From: Chiloscyllium plagiosum
Lineage: Eukaryota
DNA: 42,564 bases
Direction: 5' to 3'
Assembly (NCBI RefSeq): GCF_004010195.1
Contig: NC_057720.1
Span: forward strand, 30,889,350-30,931,913
In this document: piece after piece, positions 22,640 through 33,699 of the stretch
How positions within the stretch are numbered: the first letter of the stretch is position 1
How the letters are laid out: each line of letters begins with the position of its first letter
Position numbers and translations under genes: made by a program
The notes under the pieces: generated by a model
What the model saw: only the letters and a program-made list of their open reading frames with translations
Told to the model about the DNA's origin: nothing
Database searches by the model: none

Positions 22640-22880
22640 ATTCCCCCAGTTCCTCAGCACATCGCCTCTTTGCGTGCTCAAATTTGCAGAGCCACAGAAC
22701 GCCACCATGATGCAGCTCATCCTGACTGGACAGGGCCCCCAGAGCTGCTCAAGAAGTTGAACCGCATCTTCAGCAGTTCTATTGTCAAAATGTATCTGCT
22801 GTGATTCAGTTAAGGGATTGTCCAATGCTATCATTAGGTAAGGCCACAATGGGTAACTTCTGTCCATCAGTAACTAGCCT
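22640..22880 (-). pseudogene. Probable decayed PIF/Harbinger (HARBI1-like) transposase fragment
   Basis: DRSYPLWPYLMIALDNPLTESQQIH...PVRMSCIMVAFCGSANLSTQRG resembles the Harbinger blocks GDxGYPLxxWLMTPxxNPxT and IVxACCxLHNxAxxRG as I recall them. Confidence 0.45.
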
Positions 22881-23529
22881 TGTAAGGTTTATGGATCCTC
22901 AAATACAACAGGTCCAGGAGAGTGCTCCAGGCTGTAGGAGTAGTGACAGCTGCCACTGTCTACTGAGAGTCCTGAGCCTGGTCATTGATGGGATGTTGGT
23001 CACTGCCAAAGTCACCACCCCACATAGCGGACCGTACCCTCTGATGCTACTTTGCATACACCCCATACACCTTCGGTTTCCCCACCAGCTTGTTTCCAAA
23101 CCCCCAGTCTTGACTTCCTCATCCTTTATGGCTGTAATATCCCACTGCCCTGACAAGCCTTCCCTTGCACCCTCCTGAAAGATGAATGGACTGACTCCCA
23201 GGAATGTATTTGCTCCAGACCTCTGACTGACTTTGAGAGCAGTCCTTAGACCATGACCAGATGCTAGACTGCTGTCTTTGCAGCTCCCTGTTTGATGATA
23301 CCTGATTTCCCTGCTTACTGGTTCTGCTCTGAAGGGAATCACCATTGCCGATTCTCTGGACTGTGGTTGGATATATCCTCTGATCATGTGTGCCTCAATT
23401 GGCTAACTGACTGTGGCCAAGCCTCTGGATGAAATGAAGATGACACCCCTGAATGACAGCAGCCACCACCCTAACCCTCCAAATGATTGGGCTGAGGACT
23501 ACCCACCACCAGTTTCTGACATGAATTAA

Positions 23530-24303
23530 TTTAGGTTTATTGTCACATGCACTCACACAATTGCAGTGAAAGGTTTACAAATTCGTCACTTACGCTGCCA
23601 TCTTAGGTACAAGGTACCCAGGTAAAGGATCTTAGCAATAAATCGGAAAAATAAAGAGAAAGAGGTCTGGCATTACAGCTCTTTGCACCATCTTAGGTAC
23701 AAGGTGCCTGGGTAGAAAATCTTAGGAATAAATTAGAAAAATAACAATATTTTTAAAAGTTCAGCACTACAGTCCTTGAAGCAGACTGTGCTGGGCCTTG
23801 CCTCCAGACCGGGCCAGGCCTTGCCTCCAGACAGCTCTGGACCTTGTCTCCAGAACAGGCCAGGCCTTGCCTCCAGATTGCGCTGGGCCTTGCCTCCAGA
23901 TAGCACTGGGCCTTGCCTCCAGACCAGGCCAGGCCTTGCCTCCCGGTTGCGCTGGGCCTTGCCTCCAGATAGTACTGGGCCTTGCCTCCAGACCACGCTG
24001 GGCCTTGCCTCCAGACGGGGCCAAACTTGGGGCTGCTTGTGCTCGCTGCTGCTGCAGACGCCAGGGTACCTCACTCTCCATCATGTTGGGCTCACGTGTC
24101 CCGCGATGTCTCCATTCCACTGCGCTGGACTCACCTTGCTCTACACTGATCCCCTCTGCACTGCTCCAACTTACTCTCCACAGAAAGTAAATAGATTAAA
24201 GTAAGAATTAAAAAAAAAAAACAGGCAGAGAAGAGTAAAAGCAGATGGAGTGGAAGAGTTCCGGTTAGGAGCCCATATGCAGCTATTCTGCTGTCATTTT
24301 CAG
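23530..24303 (-). mobile_element. Possible non-autonomous LINE-derived element carrying an internal minisatellite
   Basis: The minus strand starts with a decayed AAGATGGCGG-like motif (aaaatgacagcag) and ends CATGTGACAATAAA. A ~57-bp direct repeat CCATCTTAGGTACAAGGT...AAAAATAA lies at about 23598-23655 and 23688-23745. Confidence 0.4.
23794..24015 (+). repeat. Minisatellite, 10 units with 23-bp period
   Basis: Core GGCCTTGCCTCCAGA (two variant copies) starts at 23794, 23817, 23840, 23863, 23886, 23909, 23932, 23955, 23978 and 24001, with 8-nt variable linkers. Confidence 0.95.
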
Positions 24304-24834
24304 TGTTGCCGTTTGGTTAAATGAATGTACTGTGCAAACAGCAAGCATGTGCTGTAGGTGTTATGTAGATGTCTCAGTGCACCCCACAGCAAGATGTTCG
24401 CTGCCTACTTCCATCACCAGATCCATACTGAAAAGTCACCTCCCTGAGTGTCTATGCTAAAGAGCATGTCAATATGCCCAACATACTGATGGTTTTTGGT
24501 TCTGGCTCAAATGTCAACATGCTAACAGGTGTAGCATGACAAAGCAATGTAACAAGGTGAAGTGAGCATGCTGTTAGGGAGTAAGTGAACAGCCCTGAGA
24601 AGTAATCTGTGAGCTGGTGCCTTTGCTTGCAGCAACCTTTCAATGCCAGTTGCTAGTGCTCCCTGCAGTAGAAGTCTGTGCTTCCTGAGCATCTTGCAAG
24701 TGCATTGTAGAAGTGCCATAATGGTTGTGAGAGGTTAATGAAGGTTAGAAGCCAGTGTCCATGATTGAGGGCTAACTGTTGCTGGTACCTGTGAATCATG
24801 TGCTGAGATATTGTTTTTAATGATGAGCAACATT

Positions 24835-25561
24835 TGTTAGGAATTTGAAAGTGTGTACTGTACCTTTAAGAGAGAGTGAAAGCTGGCAAGCACCTGTCAT
24901 GCGACTGACTAGCAGGCACAGAGTGTACTGGAGAATTGAAAGTTGTAACCTTTGGTTGCAGCCTAGATACCTCAATTGTTTTCATAGCAGTTTGAATTTA
25001 ACCAAGCAGTTTAAATTATGCCCCAAGATACAAAAACCTAATTGAATTTGAATTTTACTGTTTTGACAATAGTAAATCGAACCAATGAGATGATCCAATG
25101 TTTGGGGTATAAAAAGCAGAAAGAACACCGTCTGCCATTGTCAGACAGACTGTCCGAAAACACTCTCTATCAAAGGTACCTTTTTCACATGAAAACACCG
25201 TGCAGCAGAAGACCGAGATGACCCAGAAAGATCAGCAAACAGAGGAAGATCGACACCAGAGACAACAGCCACTGTCTGGTTTTGAAAATTGAGTTGCTAT
25301 AAATTTAATAGGGGCTTTATTGGAACAGAATATTGTTATAGAGTGTGAAGTAGATAACAGACCTTTTAATGGAAAGGAGGCTCAGAGTTGTAAATAGTTG
25401 TTGTTTAACGCTCACTTTAGAGTTAAAGAATAAAATTGATATTTTTTATTAAATAGTCGAATTTGGGAGTTCTCTGTTCTACTTTAACAGATTAAAAGGT
25501 GGGGTGAACTTTTCTATGTGTTTGGTTTAATTAGCAGAATGGTTTTCGCCGTGTCGTAACA
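24835..25561 (+). mobile_element. Probable solo LTR (727 bp)
   Basis: Termini TGTTAGGA...TCGTAACA (7/8 inverted match, TG..CA). CCAAT at 25082 and 25095, TATAAAAA at 25108, AATAAA at 25429. No clean TSD. Confidence 0.65.
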
Positions 25562-25564
25562 ACG

Positions 25565-27420
25565 TAAAAGTTGAAGTTCTAAATTGGAGAAAGGCCAATT
25601 TTGATGGTATTAGGCAAGAACTTTCGAAAGCTGATTGGAAGCAGATGTTCGCAGGTAAAGGGACGGCTGGAAAATGGGAAGCCTTCAGAAATGAGATAAC
25701 AAGAATCCAGGGAAAGTATATTCCTGTCAGGGTGAAAGGGAAGGCTGGTAGGTATAGGGAATGCTGGATGACTAAAGAAATTGAGGGTTTNNNNNNNNNN
25801 NNNNNNNNNNNNNNNNNNNNNNNNNNNNNNNNNNNNNNNNNNNNNNNNNNNNNNNNNNNNNNNNNNNNNNNNNNNNNNNNNNNNNNNNNNNNNNNNNNNN
25901 NNNNNNNNNNNNNNNNNNNNNNNNNNNNNNNNNNNNNNNNNNNNNNNNNNNNNNNNNNNNNNNNNNNNNNNNNNNNNNNNNNNNNNNNNNNNNNNNNNNN
26001 NNNNNNNNNNNNNNNNNNNNNNNNNNNNNNNNNNNNNNNNNNNNNNNNNNNNNNNNNNNNNNNNNNNNNNNNNNNNNNNNNNNNNNNNNNNNNNNNNNNN
26101 NNNNNNNNNNNNNNNNNNNNNNNNNNNNNNNNNNNNNNNNNNNNNNNNNNNNNNNNNNNNNNNNNNNNNNNNNNNNNNNNNNNNNNNNNNNNNNNNNNNN
26201 NNNNNNNNNNNNNNNNNNNNNNNNNNNNNNNNNNNNNNNNNNNNNNNNNNNNNNNNNNNNNNNNNNNNNNNNNNNNNNNNNNNNNNNNNNNNNNNNNNNN
26301 NNNNNNNNNNNNNNNNNNNNNNNNNNNNNNNNNNNNNNNNNNNNNNNNNNNNNNNNNNNNNNNNNNNNNNNNNNNNNNNNNNNNNNNNNNNNNNNNNNNN
26401 NNNNNNNNNNNNNNNNNNNNNNNNNNNNNNNNNNNNNNNNNNNNNNNNNNNNNNNNNNNNNNNNNNNNNNNNNNNNNNNNNNNNNNNNNNNNNNNNNNNN
26501 NNNNNNNNNNNNNNNNNNNNNNNNNNNNNNNNNNNNNNNNNNNNNNNNNNNNNNNNNNNNNNNNNNNNNNNNNNNNNNNNNNNNNNNNNNNNNNNNNNNG
26601 TGGCAGATGGAGTTTAATTCAGATAAATGCAAGGTGCTGCACTTTGGGAAAGCAAATCTTAGCTGGACTTATACACTTAATGGTAAGGTCCTAGGGAGTG
26701 TTGCTGAACAAAGAGACCTTGGAGTGCAGGTTCATAGCTCCTTGAAAGTGGAGTCACAGGTAGATAGGATAGTGAAGAAGGTGTTGGGAAAGTTTCCTTT
26801 ACTGTTCAGAGTATTGAGTACAGGAGTTGAGAGGTCATGTTGCAGGCTGTACAGGACATTGGTTAGGCCACTTTTGGAATATTGCGTGCAATTCTAGTCT
26901 CCTTCCTATCGGAAAGATGTTGTGAAACTTGATAGGGTTCAGAAAAGATTTATGAGGATGTTGCCAGGGTTGGAGGATCTGAGCTACAGGGAGAGGCTGA
27001 ACAGGCTGGGGCTGTTTTCATTGGAGCATCGGAAGCTGAGGGCTGACGTTATAGAGGTTTACAAAATTATGAGGGGCATGCATAGGATAAATGGACAAAG
27101 TCTTTTCCCTGGGGTCGAGGAGTCCAGAACTAGAGGGCATAGGTTTAGGGTGAGAGGGGAAAGATATAAAAGAGACCTAAGCGGCAACTTTTTCACACAG
27201 AGGGTGGTACGTGTATGCAATGAGCTGCCAGAAGATGTGGTGGAGGCTGTTACAATTGCAACATTTAAGAGGCGTTTGGATGGGTATATGAATAGGAAGG
27301 GTTTGGAGAGATTTGGGCCGGGTGCTGGCAGGTGGGACGAGATTGGTTGGGATATCTGGTTGGCATGGACAAGTTGGACCGAAGGGTCTGTTTCCATGCT
27401 GTACATCTCTATGACTCTAT
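25565..27420 (+). mobile_element. 5'-truncated CR1 LINE, spanning a gap
   Basis: GKWEAFRNEI...WMTKEI, MEFNSDKCKVLHFGK, RVQKRF.RMLPGLEDLSYRERL, tail ctctatgactctat. Same subfamily as 31318-32168 and 33700-37325. Confidence 0.9.
25791..26599. other. Assembly gap (809 N)
   Basis: Run of N. Confidence 1.
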
Positions 27421-28551
27421 AACATGGAGGTTCCTTGCAGCCAGTAGTGAGCTGAAGTCACCAGGTACCTGCTCTGATTTCCATGTTCAGAATCCTTGAT
27501 GTCTTGTCTGGTGTGTTTGCTAAGATAGGAAATCGAATATCAATGAGGTCAGTTGTGGCATTTATAAGGCATTTAACAAACAATCATTTCCCTTACTTGA
27601 CAACTTGCTGTTCCCCGGTGAGAAACTCTCTCAGCAAAAGCATAAAAGTGAGATGTTCCTGAATTCGTGGTAGGCCTCCCTGGGTGTCTGCTACAAATCT
27701 CACCATAGCCCACACCGCTCTGGACCTGATTCCGCCCAGAGTGTTTCAGAGTAAAAATCCTAGAGGATGGGGGAGGCTCATAAGGTCATAATGCAGGAAC
27801 TGGAACAAAGTAACGGCAGAGTCTCGTGTTTGTTTAGGTATACCAGATAGTTATCTGACATGGATGTTAGGCTCTTGACTGCGTGAATTTAGGGAGTTGA
27901 CACAAGTTGTAGAACTTCTTGTGAAATTAGCGACAAAGAGTCTGGCAGGTTTTGGGCCTGCCTTGTTCCCAACTCATCAAGTATTCACTGTGGTTGTCAA
28001 CTAAAGGAAAGTTTATATAATCTTGCTATTTCTTTAAAGAAACACCTTGCTGCAGTTCTAAAAGCAATAGATAACCAGACCGAGGGCCAACTCTGGGGGG
28101 GTGGAGCAGTAGCAGATATCAGGCTTCTCATTCGCTCTGAGGTGAAAATTCTTGAATTAGTCATAGGAAAGCACAGCTCCTCATGCGTGAATGGGGAGAC
28201 CACAGTGGTGAACCAGCCCAGTAAGTTCAATAGTGCTGTGCTGCTCTCCCATTACCACCAGCAGCAATTCGTTCTTAATCTGCTCAAACTTTTATTCCTT
28301 TTACTCAACTAATTCTCTCTCTTCTTTCATGTGGACATTAGTGCAACCTACCAAATCACCAGGAAGATGAGGCCAACACTGGCAACCCTCTGGCTACTTC
28401 TGAGGAGGGAGCCTCTCAATCCCTAACAAGACTTTCATTGGAATCCTCCGCTAGCTCAGGGACTGTCACCTCAGCGGTATTCTAAATAGATGTCCCTGAG
28501 AAGCACATCACTGACAACTCTGCAGCTGGTCAAGGAAGAAATGTCCTTTTT

Positions 28552-28862
28552 TTTAGATTCCCTACAGCGTGGAAACAGGCCCTTCAGCCCAACACGTCCA
28601 CACCTACCCTACGAAGAGTAACCCACCCAGACCCATTTCCCTCTGACTAATGCACCTAACACTACAGGCAATTTAGCATGGCGAGTTCACCTGACCTGCA
28701 TATTTTTGGACTGTGGGAGGAAACTGGAGCCCCGGAAGAAACCCATGCAGACACGGGGAGAATGTGCAAACTCCACACAGACAGTTGCCCGAAGCAGGAA
28801 TTGAACCCAGGTCCCTGGCACTGTGAGGCAGCAGTGCTAACCACTGAGCCATCGTGCCGCCC
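28552..28862 (-). mobile_element. HE1-type V-SINE
   Basis: Reverse complement GGGCGGCACGATGGCTCAGTGG...GGGTTCAATTCC, V-domain and tail. Confidence 0.92.
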
Positions 28863-30484
28863 CTACAACTGTGCCGCCCCTTTGTCTCTCTCACTCCAAG
28901 GACTGCCAGAGACCAGACAATTGCTCAGCTCAAGGCAGAGGGTGATCCCAGGAATGACTTTGTCAAAATGCATAGACAGGAACAGCAGGCAGGTTTGTTA
29001 GAGGCACTCAGCAAGTTGGATTGGGAAATGGCAGAGTCCACTAATGCCATCAATACCATGCTGGCTCTGACATGCTTGTGTCTGGCTGTGTCCATGCCTA
29101 TGGGCCAGGTGTAACACACTCAGTGTTTATTGGACGTAGACCCAGAACTACACTATTGTTCTCACCTTAGGTGCTCAGCTTCAAAAGCAAGGCAAGATGG
29201 GTATGAGGGACCTTGACCTCAATCCAAGTGCCCCTTCCTTGCATGGAGACAAGGGGGTGCCATCAGGCACCCATAAGGTGTTGACACCTTGTTCAGAACC
29301 CTTAGAGTATTCTTCTAAGGTTATCCCATAGATGCCCAATCCCTGAGCCTACCCCTTCTGCCTGTGATCTTGAAGACTGCAGATGTTCAAACTAAACAGG
29401 AAGAGTCTGCATCTGGGCAGTAAACTCAGCAAAAGGCTCGACTCAACCACTTAAGTGTTCTGGGATATTAGAGCCAACCACATAGCGGGCATCCTCTACC
29501 TCAGCTCAGGACAGCATTTAATCATAGTAGGAAAGAGAGGAAGACTAAAACTTACCAAGAGCATAAAGGTGGCAAGGATGACAAATTTCAGGTTTCCACT
29601 TCTTGCCCTCGTGAGTGAGACCTGTGGTGCAAGATTTTCCCATCATCCTTCATGTTCCATTTAAGGTTGCAATCCCTGTGGCTCCGATGACCTTCCAGCC
29701 TCCCTCCAGTTCCATTAAGTGCTTTCGATATTGCAATTAACTTGCCTACTTTATCCCAGACCCTCTAACTTTGGCAATTTCCATGCCTTTGATAGCCCTA
29801 CATCCTTTCTATATAGAGGTCCAACTTACCATGACCTGTGAGAATCCGTTCTTGTGGTGCTCCCAGATCCATGAGGGCCCAAGCTACTATCTAGAATCGT
29901 CCCTTATCATTGTCACAATGGCAGGACCAAACGTCTGATTACCTGTGGCTGAATTCCTGCCTAATCAGTGAGCCTGTTGACTGACTGTGGTTCTACTTGA
30001 CTCTACTAAGGACTGATCCATGTTTGGGCTGCAGACATGGCTATTTACATGAAATGCTTGTCATGTAAGCTGCTGGGACATATTGCCAATGTGACTTCAA
30101 TGTGGCATGGTGCTACACAGAGATTGGTCCATCCTCTTGACTGCTCAGTTCTTTTCACTCAGCCTGACTGACGCTCTGCATTAAAAAGCAATGCAAGCCA
30201 CATAGAATGGCAGCATCTAACTGAGCAGTAAAGACCCTGCTTGCTAAAAAGCAATGTGAGGCACACAGGGGCTGGTCATGTATAAGTCAGTGCTGAAGTT
30301 GGTGACTGTGTGCTTGGATGTCAAGTAGACAGAGTCTGGAAGCCTCAATGCTACATCAAAGTAAATGAGCACCAAGAAGGCAGTGCGCATGCCTGAGATG
30401 TGTGTGTCCCTGAGTGAAAGTGAATTTGCACAAGCATGTAAGTCTTGAGTATCTCTAAACTCCACAGTAAAGTGTTGCAGGGCT

Positions 30485-31070
30485 GAAGTTGATCTGAGGT
30501 AGACAGGCAGGAGGCTGGAAGAACACAGCAAGCCAGGCTGCATCAGGTGGTAGAAAAGTTGATGTTTCAGGTGTAACCCTTCTTCAGGTCTGGGGGTGGG
30601 TGTAATGGGAAGCTGCAGATAATGGGGATAGCGTGGGCAGGGTGGTCAAGTGGGGATAGGTGAAGACAGGTAGAGGGTACGACCTGGTTGGTCAGTGGGA
30701 GGAATAAATCTGGTTGGTGGCAGGGAGGAGAGGAGGAGGGGCTAGAGTTGGGTGATGGAAAGGGAGGTTATTTGAAAGTGGAGAATTCAATATTGAGTCC
30801 TCTGAGCTGTAGGCTGCCCAGGCCGAAGGTGAGGTTTTGTTCCTCCAATGTTGCGGTTTGGTTTGTTGTGGCAAAGGAGGAGACCAAGGATGGTCATGTT
30901 AAAAAGGGAGTGGGAAGGGGAATTAAAATGGGCGGTGACTGCGAGGTCTGGTCAACCCCTGCTGGGCTGGCTGAGATGCTCAGTGAACCATTCCTTAACT
31001 TTATGTTTGGTCTCTCTGATGTAGAGAAGACCACATCAGGAGCACCTGATGCAGTAAACGAGGTTGGAAC
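30485..31070 (-). mobile_element. Penelope-like 3' remnant with decayed hammerhead motif
   Basis: Terminal module gctggaagaacacagcaagccaggctgcatcagg. Minus strand CTGAAGA-agggt-tac-acct-GAAA-CATC at 30561-30587, followed by remnants of the endonuclease C-terminus. Confidence 0.7.
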
Positions 31071-31317
31071 GCCACACGACGTTCCTCAGAAATTGATCTG
31101 AGAGCAGGAATGATGATGTGGTGAGGCTGATGGGTTGCAAATGCTTACTTGTGTGGACAAAATATCAAGCAGGATGGTGCCCATTGGGCAAATTGAAGGC
31201 ACAGTTGGTTGAGGGCTGGGGCCTGATTGATGAGCTGCAGACACCAGGTATCTGTTCTGACTTGCTTGTCAGGAACTTGTCAGGAACTACTGTAGTTTCA
31301 CAAGGAAGGAAAAAAGA

Positions 31318-32168
31318 ATTGGAGGTGTAGTGGTCAGTGAACAAGGTTACCTCAGATTAGAGCAGGATCTTGATCAGATGGGCCAATGGGCTGAGAAGTG
31401 GCGGATGGAGTTTAATTTAGATAAATGCAAGGTGCTGCATTTTGGGAAAGCAAATCGTAGCAGGACTTATACACTTAATGGTAAGGTCCTCGGGAGTGTT
31501 GCTGAACAAAGAGACCTTGGAGTGCAGGTTCATAGAAGGTGTTTGGTGTGCTTTCCTTTATTGGTCAGAGTATTTAGTACAGGAGTTGGGAGGTCATGTT
31601 GGAGCTGTACAGGACACTGGTTAGGCCACTGTTGGAATATTGCGTGCAATTATGGCTTCCTTCCTATTGGAAAGATGTTGTGAAACTTGAAAGGGTTCAG
31701 AAAAGATGTTGCCAGGGTTGGAGGATTTGAGCTATAGGGAGAGGTTGAATAGGCTAGGGCTTTTTTCCCTGGAGTGTCGGAGGCCGAGGGGTGGCCTTAT
31801 AGAGGTTTATAAAATCATGAGGGGCATTGATAGAATAAATAGACAAAGTCTTTTCCCTGGGGTAGGGGAGTCCAAAACTACAGGGCATTGGTTTAGGGTG
31901 AGAGGGGAAAGATATAAAAAGATTAGAGGGACAATGTTTTCATGCAGAGTGTGGTACGTATATGGAATGAGCTGCCAGAGGAAGTGGTAGAGGCTGGTAC
32001 AATTGCAACATTTAAAAAGCATCTAGATGGGTGTATGAATAGGAAGGGTTTGGAGGGATATGGACCAAGTGCTGGCAGGTGGGACTAGATTGGGATGGGA
32101 TATCTGGTTGGCATGGACAAGTTGGACCAAAGGGTCTGTTTCTGTGCTGTACATCTCTATGACTCTAT
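31318..32168 (+). mobile_element. 5'-truncated CR1 LINE with internal deletions
   Basis: QDLDQMGQWAEKWRMEFNLDKCKVLHFGK, MLPGLEDLSYRERL, tail ctctatgactctat. Confidence 0.9.
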
Positions 32169-33354
32169 AACTGGAAATGGCATATGAATAAGGTGAGTTG
32201 GCGTAGTCGCTATTTGCAAATTTATGGAAATTAAGTAGTCTCCATTCAATATTAAGATTCCGAAATTGCTATTGAAGGCCTGAGTGGAAATTCCCAAAAC
32301 TTTTTCTTGACGTTGAGATTCTGGTTTTTCCACTCTTTCGATACTTTTCCAACTTTATCATCATTATTCATACCACACCAGGGATGGGAATAATTTGAGC
32401 CCTTTGATTGAAAATTAACAGCGACTGTACAGTTCTTTGAGAACTTTGTTTCTACATTCCTGAACATGTTATATACATTAAACTCTGTAATAGCAAGTTG
32501 TTACTGCCAAATGTACCATCGACCACATTTTTACCTACAGCAGGAAGCACTGTAGGAATATAACAATAAATAAAAATAGCAAAGCTGGTCTGGAACAGTG
32601 TTTTGTAAAGGGTGAGATATGTTTTCAGAGCCCAGATGAGTTCCTGAGCACAATTATCAGACCAAGAATCCAATACAAACACTGAATCACTGGAGCCCCA
32701 CATGAATGGCTTGGAACTGAGAATGAATTAAATTGAATCATGGGTCTAGGAATGGAGACTTCCCTTAAAAAACATAATGTGTAACTGGAAAAATCCAGCA
32801 CATTGACTCTGGGTGAATCATAACTGATTTTATGGAAAAGTTTACTGTTGGCGGGGATTAGATACTTCTCAAAGAAAACTGCAGTAACTGGTTTTCCTGA
32901 AGAGTGCAAAACAAGGTCGAGATTTATATTCCTGATATAAATATGATTGCTGATATATCAAGCAATGTAATGGATAACACTTTCAAACTATAATCAGAGT
33001 CATATTAACAACTGATGTTTTTAACTTGCCAAACTTTGAAAAATACCAAAGTTTCCCTCTCCAAACTCCTCTCGCTCATCAGATAACTAACTAATTCCTT
33101 CTCCTCCCTTTCCTAATGATCGTATTTCTCAGCTACCCTCCTCTCCTGTCTGTGCTTATTTCATTCTTTATTTTGTTATTCTGCTGGTCTCCCAGTTTGA
33201 CTGACTTTCCAAATTTTGTCTTGAATTCTCTTCGAGCTTCTTTCTTCCACTTCTGGCTCCTCTCTGTCACTTATATTTTCTTTTGCCACATTGTTTTCAA
33301 TTTACTTCATCCTCATTCTTTTTCCCAAACTCTCTTAACTACTAATCACAAAAT

Positions 33355-33685
33355 CAATACAGAGTAGAAACAGGCCATTCGGCCCATTGAGTCCATACAG
33401 ATCCTCCAGACCCAGATCCATTCCCCTATCCTCTCCCCATACGCCTGCATTTCCCATGACTAATTCCCTAGCCTTCACATCCCTGGACATACGGGCAATT
33501 TAGCATGGCTAATCCACTTACCTTGTGCATCTTTGGACTATGGAAGGAAACTGGAGCACTGGATGAAACCCATGCAGACGCGGAGAGAATGTGCAAACTA
33601 TACACAGTTGACTAAGGGTGGAATGAAGGCAACGGCCGTGATGCTGTGAGGTAGCAGTAGTAACCACTGAGACACCGTGCTGTCC
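33355..33685 (-). mobile_element. HE1-type V-SINE, older copy
   Basis: Reverse complement shows the V-domain TTTGCACATTCTCTCCGCGTCTGCATGGGTTTC and a tRNA-like head. Confidence 0.85.
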
Positions 33686-33699
33686 TAATGTTAGATGTC

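Noticed and set aside
23794..24015. CRISPR array
   Set aside because: Linkers are only 8 nt, related to each other and repeated. There are no cas genes and the context is vertebrate, so this is a minisatellite.
23733..24204. Overlapping ORFs of 113-142 aa on both strands
   Set aside because: By-product of a GC-rich repeat with few stop codons; no splice or homology support.
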